Below, one piece after another: positions 38,457 to 49,241 of a stretch of DNA of 64,000 nt. The notes beneath the pieces are model-generated. The model made no database searches, was not told the DNA's origin, and was given only the letters and a program-made list of their open reading frames with translations. How positions within the stretch are numbered: the first letter of the stretch is position 1; every line of letters starts with the position of its first letter. Made by a program: the position numbers and the translations under genes. The DNA is from Myxococcota bacterium (GTDB lineage: Bacteria; Myxococcota_A; UBA796; CAJQPC01). The stretch is taken from positions 32,001 through 96,000 of the forward strand of contig DASCPX010000160.1 of the NCBI GenBank assembly GCA_036012755.1, given 5' to 3'.

Positions 38457-40031
38457 ATGCGTGTGCTGCTGCGCGACGGCTGGGACATGATGCGCGTGTC
38501 CTACCGGGCACGGCTCTGGAGTGGACTGCGCCCTCGAGGCACCCTCCGCGTGCTCAAGGAGTTCGCCAAGGGACGACGGGACCTCTTCCTGTCCCTGGCC
38601 AAGTACGCGGTGGAGCGCCCCGACCAGCTCGCCGTGGTCGACGACAGCCGCACCTGGACCTTCGCGGAGCTCCATGAAGCCAGCATCCGCCTCGCCGGGG
38701 CCATGCAGGCACGCGGTCTGAAGCGGCGCCAGCGGGTCGGCCTCGTCTGCCGGAACCGTGCCGAGTTCTTCATCGGCATGGCGGCGACACTGCACCTCGG
38801 CTGCATCGCCGCGCCCATGAGCCCTCACTCGCCCGTGGCCAAGACCAGGGACAAACTCGCCGGCGCCAGGCTGTCCGCCCTCATCATCGAGCAGGACCTC
38901 GCCGAGGCCTCGCCGGTCCCCGGCCCATTGGTCCCCGGCTCTCCGGGCTGGTCCCGCGCGCTTCGACACGAGCCCGCGAAGAGCTCTCGTGGGGTCCTGT
39001 GGTTCGACGACGAGCCCGACATGATGCTCTACACGAGTGGCACGACCGGCTCGAGCAAGGGGGCTCGCATCAACATGCGGGGCGCCTCGATGATGACGCC
39101 CGTCCGCTACCTGGCGGGCTTCGACCTGCGACGCGGAGACCGCATCTTCACCAGCTGTCCGCTCTACCACGCGGCGCCGATGCTGCTGACGGGCTTGAGC
39201 CTCGCCATCGGCGGGACTGCCCTCGTCAGCCAGCGCTTCGAGGTCGAAGAGGTCATCGCGCGCATGATCGACGAGGGCATCACCCACGCCTTCCTGGTGC
39301 CCACGCTGATCGAGCGACTGCTGCGCAGCCCGAACGCGAAGAGGCTGCGCACGGCTCCCCTCAGAGCGCTGCTGTCCGGCGGGGCAGCCTTGCCGGCAGA
39401 CCTCAAGCGCAAGGCCTTCGCCGTCCTCGGACCCAAGCTCTACGACTTCTATGGCGCGACGGAGCTCGGCATCGTCACGATCGCCTCGCCCCACGACCTC
39501 CGCCGCCACCCCGGCAGCGTCGGGCGCCCCCTCCCCGGTCTAGATCTGCGCTTCATCGGCGATGACGGCCGCGACGTGCCCCCCGGGGAGCCCGGCGAGC
39601 TCTACGTGAAGAGCGACATGATCAGCCCCTACGAGGGCGTCGAGGCCTCCAGTCCCCTGGAGACCGAAGGCTGGGCCAGCGCCGGCGATGTCGCCCGCCT
39701 GGAGGACGGCCACCTCTTCATCGTCGACCGCAAGAAGGACATGATCGTCAGCGGTGGCGCCAACGTCTTCCCTGGCGAGGTCGAAGAGGTCGTCCGCGCC
39801 CACCCGAGCGTGCGCGAGGTCGCGGTCGTGGGCCTGCCGGACCCGGAGTGGGGCGAGGCGGTCACCGCCTTCGTCGTGGTCGAGGAGGGCAGGTCGCTGG
39901 ACGCGGAGGTGCTGCGCGAGCACTGCAAGGAACGCCTCAACCGTGTCGAGGTGCCGAAGTCCTTTCGCGCCATCGACGAGCTGCCCCGAAACCCCACCGG
40001 CAAGCTCCTGCGGCGGAGCCTGGTCCAGTGA
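38457..40031 (+). CDS. AMP-binding acyl-CoA synthetase
   Basis: YTSGTTGSSKG, PLYHAA, YGATE, SAGD, DRKKDMIVSGG, PRNPTGK. Confidence 0.9.
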   Translation: MRVLLRDGWDMMRVSYRARLWSGLRPRGTLRVLKEFAKGRRDLFLSLAKYAVERPDQLAVVDDSRTWTFAELHEASIRLAGAMQARGLKRRQRVGLVCRNRAEFFIGMAATLHLGCIAAPMSPHSPVAKTRDKLAGARLSALIIEQDLAEASPVPGPLVPGSPGWSRALRHEPAKSSRGVLWFDDEPDMMLYTSGTTGSSKGARINMRGASMMTPVRYLAGFDLRRGDRIFTSCPLYHAAPMLLTGLSLAIGGTALVSQRFEVEEVIARMIDEGITHAFLVPTLIERLLRSPNAKRLRTAPLRALLSGGAALPADLKRKAFAVLGPKLYDFYGATELGIVTIASPHDLRRHPGSVGRPLPGLDLRFIGDDGRDVPPGEPGELYVKSDMISPYEGVEASSPLETEGWASAGDVARLEDGHLFIVDRKKDMIVSGGANVFPGEVEEVVRAHPSVREVAVVGLPDPEWGEAVTAFVVVEEGRSLDAEVLREHCKERLNRVEVPKSFRAIDELPRNPTGKLLRRSLVQ

Positions 40032-42733
40032 GCACCACCAAGCAACTCGACCGCAGCCTGGGCTTCCCGTCGGTCTACTCGATCGCCGTCGGCGCGATGC
40101 TCGGGAGCGGCATCTTCGTCCTCCCGGGCCTCGCAGCGGCCATCGCCGGACCATGGGTGGCCCTGTCCTACATGCTCGCCGGGGTCCTCGTACTCCCGGC
40201 CGTGCTCTCAAAGGCAGAGCTCGCGACCGCCATGCCCGTCGCCGGCGGCACCTATGTCTACATCGACCGCAGCATGGGGCCCTGGATGGGCACGGTCACC
40301 GGCCTCGGCACATGGCTGTCCCTGTCCTCCAAGTCTGCCTTCGCGCTGGTCGGCCTGGGCTCCTACCTCGTGCTGTTCACGGACCTGCCGGTGACCTGGG
40401 TCTCTCTCGCCATCCTCGGCGTGCTGCTCCTGGTCAACGTGCTCGGCGCGGGCAAGGCGACCCTCATCCAGATCCTCATCGTCAGCGTCACCATCGTGGC
40501 CCTGACCGTCCTCGGCATCGGAGGCGGTCTCAAGGCGAACCTCGCGCTGTTGGAGCCCGCCTTCCCCGCTGGCTCCGCTGGCATCGTCGCCGGCGCGGGC
40601 TTCGTCTTCGTCAGCTACAGCGGCGTCACAAAGATCTGCTCGGTCGCCGAAGAGGTCCGGAACCCGGACCGCAACATCCCGCTGGGCATGCTCGCGGCCC
40701 AGTTCACGGTGATGGTGATCTACGCCGTCATCGCGCTCGCGTTGACCTCCAACATCCCGGTGGGGCAGCTGGAGGGAACCGTCACGCCGGTCGCCGCCCT
40801 CGGGGGTGTCGTCTTCGGCGAGGTCGGGCTCGTGGGCTTCGCCATCATCGCCATCGCGGGGCTCGTGTCCATGTGCAACGCGGGGGTCCTGTCGACGACC
40901 CGCTTCCCCTTCGCCATGGCCCGGGACAGGCTGCTGCCGGACGTGCTCAAGACCGTGAACGCCCGCTTCCGCACACCGACTGCCGCCATCGCGGTCACGG
41001 GTGTGCTGCTGGTGGCGATGGTCACCTTCCTCCCGGTGGTCACCCTCGCCAAGTTGGCGTCGGGGTTCAAGATCTTCGTCTTCTGCATCGTCAACCTCGC
41101 CGTCATCGTGCTCCGCGAGTCCGGCGCGCGCTGGTACAAACCCACCTTCAAGACGCCGCTCTACCCATGGATCCAGATCCTCGGCATCCTCGGGGGGATC
41201 TGGCTGCTCACCCAGCTCGGCACGAAGGTGCTCTACGGTGTCACCGCCGCGATGACCATCGGCACGGCCTGGTACTTCGGCTATGCCCGCCGAAGGGTGG
41301 ACCGCAAGGGCGCCGTCAAGCACATCTGGGGCGAGGCCCACGCGCTCCAGGCCACGCAGAGAGCCGAGGAAGAGGAAGAGGAAGAGGACAAGCCACCCCG
41401 CGTCATCGTGCCGGTCTTCGGCTACGAGCCCGCGCCGGGACACCTGCTACGGCTGGCCGCCGGCTTCGTCGAGGAGGGCGTGCTGGAGGTCGTGCGCTTC
41501 GAGGAGATCCCCCACGCCCTGCCGCTGATCGCGCACCTGGATCCGGACGCGGAGATGGAACGCCTGAAGCGCCAGACAGAGGTCATCGCAGAGGACCTCC
41601 ACGTGCTGGTGGACTTCCACGACGTCGTCACCCACAACGCCATGGAGGCGCTACTCAAGCACGCCCGCGCCACTGAAGCCGAGTGGATCGTCATGGAACC
41701 GGCCCGCGGCGAGCTCCGCAGGCTCGTGCGCTACCCGATGGCCTGGTGGCTCGACAACGTGCCCTGCGACATCGCCATCTACACCGACAAGGGCTTCTCC
41801 GAGACCAGCCTGAACACCTCCTGGGACGAGCTCGACTCGCCGACAGAAGAGGTGCGGTCCCAGCCCTTCGCCCGCATCCTCGTGCTGGCCGAGCCGGGCC
41901 CCCACGACTCGATCGTCGTGCGCATGGCCGACGAGCTCGCCCGCAAGGCACGGGGCGAGATCACCCTGTTCTACGCCGCCGGGCCCGGCGACTCGAACGA
42001 GCGCATCCAGAGCCTCCGCGACTACCACAGCCAGCTCAAGCTGCTCTGCACTCGCCCTGCGCGCAGCCTCATCCCGCGCACCGACCACGTCGCCCTGACC
42101 ATCCGCGAGATCACCTGCGACTACGACCTCATGGTCGTCGGTGCGCCCTCCGAGCGCACGCTGCGGACGCTGTTCTTCGGCAGCAAGGAGCACCGCGTCG
42201 TCGAAGCCGCCCAGTGCTCGGTGCTGAAGATCAAGGCCCCGCGCCACCAGGTCCACCACCGTCTCGGCGCTCTGGAGGACCGCTATGACCTCGGACCCGT
42301 GCTCGAAGCCGGCGTCGTGAAGACCGGGCTCCGCGTGGGTCGCAAGGAAGAGCTCTTCGCTCGCATGGCCCACCACCTCGCAAAGCACGCGGGCGTCGAG
42401 GAGGACCGCGTCGAGACCGCCTTGTGGCGCCGCGAGCGCCGGCAGAACACGGCCTTGCGCAGCGGCATCGCGCTCAGCGCCCCGACCACCGCCGCGCTCA
42501 CCGAGACCCTGGTCGGGGTCTTCACGCTGGCGCGCCCGGTGCGCTTCGGGGCCCCGACGAACATCCCCGTGGACGTCTGCGTCGTCAGCATCGGTCCGAC
42601 CCAGGATCGCAGGCGTCAGCTTCGGCTGCTCGCCCAGCTCTCCGAACGCATCGTGGGTACGGATGTGATCGACGCGCTGCGCTCCGCAGAGGACGCCGCC
42701 AGCGTCATCGCCTCGATCACCGCAGACCCCTGA
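40028..42733 (+). CDS. APC-family amino acid permease fused to USP-like domains and a PTS EIIA-like domain
   Basis: GAMLGSGIF, PVAGGTY, AEEVRNP, AMARD; FARILVL and FFGS..AQCSVL (USP); RERRQNTALRSGIAL and PVRFGAP (EIIA). Confidence 0.85.
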   Translation: MSTTKQLDRSLGFPSVYSIAVGAMLGSGIFVLPGLAAAIAGPWVALSYMLAGVLVLPAVLSKAELATAMPVAGGTYVYIDRSMGPWMGTVTGLGTWLSLSSKSAFALVGLGSYLVLFTDLPVTWVSLAILGVLLLVNVLGAGKATLIQILIVSVTIVALTVLGIGGGLKANLALLEPAFPAGSAGIVAGAGFVFVSYSGVTKICSVAEEVRNPDRNIPLGMLAAQFTVMVIYAVIALALTSNIPVGQLEGTVTPVAALGGVVFGEVGLVGFAIIAIAGLVSMCNAGVLSTTRFPFAMARDRLLPDVLKTVNARFRTPTAAIAVTGVLLVAMVTFLPVVTLAKLASGFKIFVFCIVNLAVIVLRESGARWYKPTFKTPLYPWIQILGILGGIWLLTQLGTKVLYGVTAAMTIGTAWYFGYARRRVDRKGAVKHIWGEAHALQATQRAEEEEEEEDKPPRVIVPVFGYEPAPGHLLRLAAGFVEEGVLEVVRFEEIPHALPLIAHLDPDAEMERLKRQTEVIAEDLHVLVDFHDVVTHNAMEALLKHARATEAEWIVMEPARGELRRLVRYPMAWWLDNVPCDIAIYTDKGFSETSLNTSWDELDSPTEEVRSQPFARILVLAEPGPHDSIVVRMADELARKARGEITLFYAAGPGDSNERIQSLRDYHSQLKLLCTRPARSLIPRTDHVALTIREITCDYDLMVVGAPSERTLRTLFFGSKEHRVVEAAQCSVLKIKAPRHQVHHRLGALEDRYDLGPVLEAGVVKTGLRVGRKEELFARMAHHLAKHAGVEEDRVETALWRRERRQNTALRSGIALSAPTTAALTETLVGVFTLARPVRFGAPTNIPVDVCVVSIGPTQDRRRQLRLLAQLSERIVGTDVIDALRSAEDAASVIASITADP

Positions 42734-42736
42734 GGC

Positions 42737-44254
42737 TCAGGGAGCGCCGCCGATCCAGACCCCCTCGATGCCGATCTCGTTCAGGGCAGCGGCGTCCAAT
42801 GGGTCCCCGTCGAGGACCACGAAGTCCGCCGTGCAGCCGACGTCCAGACAGCCGAGATCCGGTCGGCCCAAGCTGGCCGCGCTCCCGCTGGTGTAGCCAT
42901 CGAGCACGTCACCTGGGTCGACCGCGCCCTCGCTTCGCACAGAAGCCGACCAGGCGGTCAGAAGCGGCGAGGGCTCCGGCCACACCGGCCAGTCCGTACC
43001 CATGGCGACGGGGATGCCTGCGTCGAACAGCCCCGCGTGGTCGTATGCGCGATCGAAGCGCTCCTCGCCCCAGGCCTCCGAGGTGTCCGACAGCGAAGCC
43101 GGCAGCACGTGGGAGGGCTGGACACTGACGATGAGCCCCAGCGCCCGGATGCGCTCCAGGTCGCCCTCGGCGATGAGCACGGCGTGCTCCAGGGTGTGGG
43201 GCTGGGTCAACAGGGCCTGGGCCTCGAAGGCGGTGATCGCCGCGTCCACCGCGGCGTCGCCGTTGACGTGCAGCTTCAGCGGCATGCCCCGGGCCTCGGC
43301 TTCCGTGACGATGGCCGTGAGCGCCTCTGTGTCGAAGTAGTGGTCGCCGTACTCCTCGGGGTCGTCCGCGTGCGGCTCCTGGGTCCAGGCTGCGTTGGTT
43401 CCCATGCTGCCGTCGACCCAGATCTTCCCTCCCCCGAAGCGAAGCCGGTCGCTCTCGTAGAGGCCGCGGACCTCGTCGAGGGCGGCGACATCGTCGAGCT
43501 CGAAGATGGGGCCGTACCAGGTGACGCGGATGGGCAGCTCCACGTCCTCGTAGATCCAGGGTCGCGTCAGGTCGAAGCCCGGCAGCGCCATGATCTCCGC
43601 GACGCCGGTGACGCCGGTGGAGTGGAAGCGGTCCATCGCGTCGACGAGCCCGCTGGAGAGCAGCTCGTCGTCGTAGTCGGCGAGAGCGACCCCGCTGACC
43701 AGCGCCATCGCGCCCTCCATCAGGTAGCCCGTGGGCTCGCCGTCCTCGTCCCGCGCGATGGTGCCGTCGGGGGGATCCGGAGTGTCGGCCGTGATGCCGG
43801 CTCGCTCGAGCGCCAGGCTGTTCACCACCGCCGAGTGGCCCGAGTTGTCCACGAGGATGACCGGGCGGTCCGACACGACCTCGTCGATCGCCCGTCCGTT
43901 CGGCTCGCCGAGCTGCTCGCGGAGCCACCCGTAGCCGACGATCCATGGCTCGTCGGGGGTCTCCGCGGCGTACTCCGCGACCTTGTCGAGCATGACGCTC
44001 TCGCTGCCCACGCCGAGGAGCAGCAAGCGGTCCATCGCGAAGGACCCGGCGAGGAGGTGGGTGTGGCTGTCCTGCATGCCAGGCACGACATGGCCGACCT
44101 CGAGGACCTCGAGGGCGTCGACCTCTTCATCGAGGTTGGTCACGACCCCCTGGGTGACGCCGATCGACTGGGCGGTCCGGCTCCCATCGAGGTGGATGGT
44201 CCCGGTGACGAGCAGATCGACGGGTTCGTTGGCGCAGGCGAAGAGAAGCAGCAT
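42737..44254 (-). CDS. Amidohydrolase family 3 lipoprotein
   Basis: PGMQDSHTH, SGHSAVVNS, KIWVDG, HVNGDAA, LEHA, GTDWP; MLLLFAC start. Confidence 0.88.
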   Translation of the reverse strand: MLLLFACANEPVDLLVTGTIHLDGSRTAQSIGVTQGVVTNLDEEVDALEVLEVGHVVPGMQDSHTHLLAGSFAMDRLLLLGVGSESVMLDKVAEYAAETPDEPWIVGYGWLREQLGEPNGRAIDEVVSDRPVILVDNSGHSAVVNSLALERAGITADTPDPPDGTIARDEDGEPTGYLMEGAMALVSGVALADYDDELLSSGLVDAMDRFHSTGVTGVAEIMALPGFDLTRPWIYEDVELPIRVTWYGPIFELDDVAALDEVRGLYESDRLRFGGGKIWVDGSMGTNAAWTQEPHADDPEEYGDHYFDTEALTAIVTEAEARGMPLKLHVNGDAAVDAAITAFEAQALLTQPHTLEHAVLIAEGDLERIRALGLIVSVQPSHVLPASLSDTSEAWGEERFDRAYDHAGLFDAGIPVAMGTDWPVWPEPSPLLTAWSASVRSEGAVDPGDVLDGYTSGSAASLGRPDLGCLDVGCTADFVVLDGDPLDAAALNEIGIEGVWIGGAP

Positions 44255-44283
44255 GGGCGGCAGCTAACGCGCCTCGGGGTCCC

Positions 44284-46083
44284 TCAGGTGGACACCGTGC
44301 GCCGCAGCGCCTCTGCCACCTCCAGCGCGTCCTGCCCCTCCAGCGCTCGGCGCAGGTCCCTCTCGATGCGCCGCTGAGCAAAGGGCGCGGTGACCTCGTC
44401 GAGCCTCTTGGTGATGTCCTGCACGACGACGCGGTCGTCGCCGGGCATGGCCGCCGAGAGCTTCTCGATGATCCCGCGGATGCGCGGCTCTTCACCCTCG
44501 GCGAGCAGGCCGGGATCGAGGCGCAGGGCCTTCTCGACCGCCCCGATGACCTGCTCGGCCTCCACTCGAGCCTCGATGAGCAGGCGCTCGTCGACGTCGG
44601 ACTCGGCGAAGTCCAGGGCCTCCTCCAGCATCTGCTCGATCTCGCTGTCTTCGAGGCCGTAGCTGGGCTGCACCTCGATCTCGGCGTGGGTCTTCGTGTA
44701 CTGCTCGGTCGCCGAGACCTGCAGGATGCCGTCGGCGTCCACCGTGAACTGCACCTTCACCCGTGGCAATCCGGCGGGCATGTCCGGCAGCCCCTTGAGC
44801 TTGAACTTCGCCAGGGAGCGGTTGTCCCGAGCCATCTCGCGCTCGCCCTGCAGCACGTGCATGTCGACGGCGTTCTGTCCGTCTACGTGGGTCGTGAAGG
44901 TCTCGCTCGCCGCACAGGGAATGGGCGTGCAGCGCCAGATGAGGCGCTCGACGACTCCACCCATCGTCTCGATGCCCAGCGACAGCGGCACGACGTCCAT
45001 CAGCAGCATGTCCTCTGCCAGCTCCGAGTTTCCCGTGAGGATGTCCGCCTGCATGGCGGCGCCGAGGGCGACGACCTGGTCCGGGTCGAGCCCGCAGTAG
45101 GGGTCGCGACCGAAGAACTCGCCGACCATGCTGCGCACGAGCGGGACGCGGGTGGACCCTCCGACGAGCACGACACCGTCGATGTCATCGGCAGAGAGCT
45201 CGGCGTCCTGGAGGGCCTGGGCGCAGCTCCTCAGCGTGCCCGCGACGAGGGGCCGGATGAGCTCCTCGAAGCGCTCTCGCGTGATGGTGCCCCACCGATG
45301 GCCCTCGGTCAGCGCGTGCTTGGTCGCCACCGCCTCGTCCAAAGCCGCGCGCAGCTCGCCCCCGGCGAGGCCGGGACCCTTCATCTCCTCGACCAGCGCG
45401 CGGTCGAAGTCATCGCCACCGAGCTGGGTGTCACCGGCGGTGCTGAGGACCTGGAAGACACCGTCGGTGAGCTCCAGGATGGAGATGTCGAAGGTGCCAC
45501 CGCCAAGATCGTAGACCGCGTAGATGCCCTGGGCCTTCTCCTGGAGTCCGTAGGCGATGGCCGCCGCCGTGGGCTCGTTGAGCAGGCGCAGCACCTGGAG
45601 CCCGGCCAGCTTGCCGGCGTCGCGGGTGGCCTGCCGCTGGGCGTCGTCGAAGTAGGCCGGCACGGTGATGACGACACCTCCTGGCTGAGCCATCAGGCAG
45701 TCCGTCGCCTGCATCAACAGCAGCCGCAGCACCCATGCGCTGGCCTCGATCGAGGTCATCATGCGCTCGTCGCCGACGTCGAAGCGGGCGACCTTGTCGC
45801 TCCCCTCTGCCAGGCTGTATGGCAGGCCGCTGATGACCTCGCGAGCGTCATCCATCGAGCGACCCATGAAGCGCTTGAAGGAGGTGAGCAGCGCTCGGGG
45901 GTGCTGCGCGGCGTCGACGAGCGCCTCGTGGCCGACGAGCGGGGCATCAGCGCCCGGGACGTGGCGCACGGCGCTGGGGGTGAGCGGGCGTCCCTCGTCG
46001 TCGAGGAGGACCCGCGCGCGGCCGCCGAGGACGACCGCCACCAGCGAGTTGGTTGTGCCGAGATCGATGCCGATGTTGGCCAT
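44284..46083 (-). CDS. hscA: Fe-S assembly Hsp70 chaperone HscA
   Basis: [44 protein letters not shown]; located in the isc operon. Confidence 0.93.
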   Translation of the reverse strand: MANIGIDLGTTNSLVAVVLGGRARVLLDDEGRPLTPSAVRHVPGADAPLVGHEALVDAAQHPRALLTSFKRFMGRSMDDAREVISGLPYSLAEGSDKVARFDVGDERMMTSIEASAWVLRLLLMQATDCLMAQPGGVVITVPAYFDDAQRQATRDAGKLAGLQVLRLLNEPTAAAIAYGLQEKAQGIYAVYDLGGGTFDISILELTDGVFQVLSTAGDTQLGGDDFDRALVEEMKGPGLAGGELRAALDEAVATKHALTEGHRWGTITRERFEELIRPLVAGTLRSCAQALQDAELSADDIDGVVLVGGSTRVPLVRSMVGEFFGRDPYCGLDPDQVVALGAAMQADILTGNSELAEDMLLMDVVPLSLGIETMGGVVERLIWRCTPIPCAASETFTTHVDGQNAVDMHVLQGEREMARDNRSLAKFKLKGLPDMPAGLPRVKVQFTVDADGILQVSATEQYTKTHAEIEVQPSYGLEDSEIEQMLEEALDFAESDVDERLLIEARVEAEQVIGAVEKALRLDPGLLAEGEEPRIRGIIEKLSAAMPGDDRVVVQDITKRLDEVTAPFAQRRIERDLRRALEGQDALEVAEALRRTVST

Positions 46084-46084
46084 G

Positions 46085-46627
46085 TCAGTCCTTCACGAGG
46101 TTCGAGACGTACTTGAGTCGAGCGAGGCACTCCGGGACCGCCGAGAGATCTGCCTCGCCACGCTCCCAGGCCGCGAAGTAGCCAGCGATCTCCTGGCCGA
46201 TCGCGGCGTCGAGCGCGGCTCCGCCGGCCTTCTTGTCCTCTGGGGAAGCCATCGACAGCTCGAAGATCTGCTCCAGGAACTCCGGGCTCACCGCCGGGGG
46301 GTTCTTCTCCGGCTGCCGAGACTCGCCGGTGGAGAGGTACCAGGCCCTGGCGACCGGGTCGCGGAGGACCCGTCGGGCCTCGTTCAACGAGGCGGTCCAC
46401 TGGAGCGCGAGGCGCCGCTGGAGCGCACTCTCACCCGCGAAGCGGTCGGGATGGGTCACCCGGCTCCTGGCGCGCCAGGCGGCGTCGATGGCCTTGCGCT
46501 GCAGCGAGTAGGCGCGCTGCAGACCCAGGATCTCGAAGTGGTCGGGGCGGGGCGGCGGTGGCTGGAGCGCCCCGCAGCTCACACAGAGGGGACCGCCCAC
46601 AGTCTCGTTGCACTTCCAACAGCTCAC
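46085..46627 (-). CDS. hscB: Fe-S co-chaperone HscB with N-terminal tetra-Cys motif
   Basis: CWKC..CVSC, HPDRF J-domain motif, LRDPVARAWYL. Confidence 0.88.
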   Translation of the reverse strand: MSCWKCNETVGGPLCVSCGALQPPPPRPDHFEILGLQRAYSLQRKAIDAAWRARSRVTHPDRFAGESALQRRLALQWTASLNEARRVLRDPVARAWYLSTGESRQPEKNPPAVSPEFLEQIFELSMASPEDKKAGGAALDAAIGQEIAGYFAAWERGEADLSAVPECLARLKYVSNLVKD

Positions 46628-46634
46628 GGCGTCC

Positions 46635-46964
46635 CTACAGGGTGAACGACTCCCCGCAGCTGCAGGAGGTCCCGGCGAGGGGGTTGTTGAAGACGAAGCC
46701 AGTCCGCATCAGGGTCTTCTCGAAGTCGATCTCGGTGCCGTTGAGGAAGAGGTATGACTTGCGGTCCACGGCCACGGTGACGCCGCCGTTGAAGGTGAAG
46801 ACCTTGTCGCGCTCCTCTGGCGCCTCGACGATGTCCAGGAAGTAGGACAAGCCCGAGCACCCGCCACCGCGCACACCTACCCGCAAGACGTGGTCCGGGG
46901 TCTGGCGCATCTTCTTCAGCTTCTCGAAGCGGGTGATGGCAGCAGCGGTGATGTTCACGGCCAT
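46635..46964 (-). CDS. iscA: A-type Fe-S carrier
   Basis: GGGCSGLSY, CSCGESF. Confidence 0.93.
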   Translation of the reverse strand: MAVNITAAAITRFEKLKKMRQTPDHVLRVGVRGGGCSGLSYFLDIVEAPEERDKVFTFNGGVTVAVDRKSYLFLNGTEIDFEKTLMRTGFVFNNPLAGTSCSCGESFTL

Positions 46965-46967
46965 GGT

Positions 46968-47372
46968 TCAGGAGTCCTCTCCGGCGAGCTTGGCGAGCTG
47001 CTTCTTCTTGTAGTCGGCGAGCGCCGCCTTGATGGCGTCCTCGGCCAGCACGGAGCAGTGGATCTTGACCGGGGGCAGGGAGAGCTCCTCCGCGATGGCG
47101 CCGTTGTCCAGCTGCTCGGCGAACTCGACGCTCTTGCCCTTGACCATCTCTGTCACCAGCGAGGAGCTGGCGATGGCCGAGCCGCAGCCGAAGGTCTTGA
47201 ACCTGGCGTCCTCGATGATGCCGTCCTCGTTGATCTGAAGCTGCAGCTTCATGACGTCACCGCAGGCGGGAGCACCCACCAGCCCGGTCCCGACCTCGTC
47301 GGAGGCGTTGTCGAGCGCGCCCATGTTGCGGGGGTTCTCGAAGTGATCGATCAGCTTGTCGCTGTAGGCCAT
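46968..47372 (-). CDS. iscU: Fe-S scaffold
   Basis: GAPACGD, FGCGSAIAS, LPPVKIHC. Confidence 0.97.
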   Translation of the reverse strand: MAYSDKLIDHFENPRNMGALDNASDEVGTGLVGAPACGDVMKLQLQINEDGIIEDARFKTFGCGSAIASSSLVTEMVKGKSVEFAEQLDNGAIAEELSLPPVKIHCSVLAEDAIKAALADYKKKQLAKLAGEDS

Positions 47373-47384
47373 CTCGGCAATCTC

Positions 47385-48608
47385 CTAGTGGGCCGCCCAC
47401 TCGATGCTCTTCAGATCGATGCCCGCCTGGACCATCTCCCACAGCGGGCTCATCGCTCGGAGCTTCTGGATGTTGTCGGTGACGCGCTCGATGACGAAGT
47501 CGACCTCTTCTTCTGTGTTGAAGCGACCGAGTCCGAAGCGGATGGAGGTGTGGGCGAGCTCGTCGTCGACGCCCATGGCCCGCAGCACGTAGCTGGGCTC
47601 CAGGCTCGCGGAGGTGCAGGCCGAGCCGCTCGAGACCGCGATGTCCTTGATGCCCATCATCATGGCCTCACCCTCCACGCAGGCGAAGCTGACGTTCAGG
47701 TTGTTGGGCAGGCGGTGGTCCCAGGAGCCGTTGAGGTAGATCTCGGTGAGCCCCTGCTGCAGGCCCGCCCAGAGGCGGTCGCGGAGCCCTCGGACCCGCT
47801 CGATGTGGCCGGCGTCGAGGTCTTCCTTCGACAGCGCCGCGGCGGCCCCCAGGCCGACGATCTGGTGGACGGCGAGGGTCCCACTCCGCATTCCCCGCTC
47901 GTGGCCACCGCCATGGATGATGGCCTCGAGCCTGATCCGCGGGCGACCGCGACGGACGTAGAGGGCACCGATGCCCTTGGGCCCGTACATCTTGTGGGCG
48001 GAGATGCTGACGAGGTCGACGTTCATCTCCTTGACGTCGAAGGGCAGCTTGCCGAGCCCCTGGACCGCGTCACAGTGGAAGATGACCTTGTTCTGCCGGC
48101 AGATGGCGCCGATCTCGGCGACGGGCTGGATGACGCCGATCTCGTTGTTCGCCAGCATCACCGAGGCGAGGATGGTGTCCGGGCGGATCGCTGCCTCGAA
48201 CTCCTGGAGATCGACGCGTCCGTCCGCGCCGACACCCAGCCAGGTGACCTCGAAGCCCTCCTTCTCCAGCTGGCGACAGGAGTCCAGCACGGCCTTGTGC
48301 TCGGTGACGACGGTGATGACGTGCTTGCCCTTCTTCTGGTTGAAGCGGGCACCGCCGATGATGGCGAGGTTGTCGCTCTCGGTCGCCCCAGAGGTGAAGA
48401 CGATCTCCTTCGGAGAGGCACCGATGAGCTCGCCGACCTGCTCCCGAGCTCGGTGCACGGCCTCCATCGCTGTCCAGCCGAAGACGTGCGTGCGGCTGGC
48501 GGCGTTTCCGAAGACCGTCGTCAGGTACGGCATCATCGCCTCGAGCACCCGCGGGTCGACCGGAGTCGTGGCGTTGTTGTCCATGTAGATGGGTGTCTGG
48601 ACAGGCAT
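47385..48608 (-). CDS. iscS: Cysteine desulfurase
   Basis: [38 protein letters not shown]. Confidence 0.97.
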   Translation of the reverse strand: MPVQTPIYMDNNATTPVDPRVLEAMMPYLTTVFGNAASRTHVFGWTAMEAVHRAREQVGELIGASPKEIVFTSGATESDNLAIIGGARFNQKKGKHVITVVTEHKAVLDSCRQLEKEGFEVTWLGVGADGRVDLQEFEAAIRPDTILASVMLANNEIGVIQPVAEIGAICRQNKVIFHCDAVQGLGKLPFDVKEMNVDLVSISAHKMYGPKGIGALYVRRGRPRIRLEAIIHGGGHERGMRSGTLAVHQIVGLGAAAALSKEDLDAGHIERVRGLRDRLWAGLQQGLTEIYLNGSWDHRLPNNLNVSFACVEGEAMMMGIKDIAVSSGSACTSASLEPSYVLRAMGVDDELAHTSIRFGLGRFNTEEEVDFVIERVTDNIQKLRAMSPLWEMVQAGIDLKSIEWAAH

Positions 48609-48612
48609 TGGT

Positions 48613-49074
48613 TCAGCTCGTGTGGACGGCCGCCACCATGTCGGGGGCGTCACGGCCGTCGGCGTTGCAGACGGTGCAGGCCTGGCGCGGGGTGAGCGGG
48701 TCACACACGCGGCAGCCCTCCAGGTACTCGATGGATGCGGCGAGGTCGCCCCGGAAGGCCTGGAGGCGAGCCAGCCGGGTCTCGGTCTCGGCCAGCTTCT
48801 CTCGGTAGAAGTTCGCCAGGCGCGCCATGGCATCAGGGCCGCGGGCCTGCTCGTTGAGGTGGGCGAGGAAGTCCTGGATCTCGTTCAGCGAGAAGCCGAT
48901 CTCCTGGAGACGCTCGATCCACCGGATCCGGAGCAGGGCGTCATCCGAGTACAGCCGGAAGCCGCCGGGGGTGCGACCGACCGGACGCAACAGCCCCAGC
49001 TCCTCGTAGAAGTGGAGGGCGCGAGCGGTCTTTCCGCTGAGCTTCGCGAGCTGTCCGATCCGAAGTGTCGCCAT
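48613..49074 (-). CDS. MerR-family transcriptional regulator with C-terminal CxxC-x8-CxxC
   Basis: [32 protein letters not shown]; tail [16 protein letters not shown]; ends 4 nt before iscS. Confidence 0.92.
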   Translation of the reverse strand: MATLRIGQLAKLSGKTARALHFYEELGLLRPVGRTPGGFRLYSDDALLRIRWIERLQEIGFSLNEIQDFLAHLNEQARGPDAMARLANFYREKLAETETRLARLQAFRGDLAASIEYLEGCRVCDPLTPRQACTVCNADGRDAPDMVAAVHTS

Positions 49075-49088
49075 CGAGAGTGCCAACT

Positions 49089-49132
49089 CTTACGTACACG
49101 TCAGGTTTAGCCTTGGAGAGCCTCCAAGTCAA
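49089..49132 (-). promoter_or_regulatory. Promoter of merR-isc with two palindromic operators
   Basis: -35 TTGACT (49127-49132); possible -10 TAAACC at 17 bp; CTTGGAG-n3-CTCCAAG (49112-49128) and CTTACGT-n2-ACGTCAG (49089-49104). Confidence 0.75.
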
Positions 49133-49241
49133 ACCCTCACGTGCGCGTCAGGTTCCCCCCAGTGGGTCACGACGCAGTGACTCTTGCAGCGACAGCCGTC
49201 TAATCGCTCCCGAGGCGTGGCGCTCCCCTCGCCTCGCGGGA

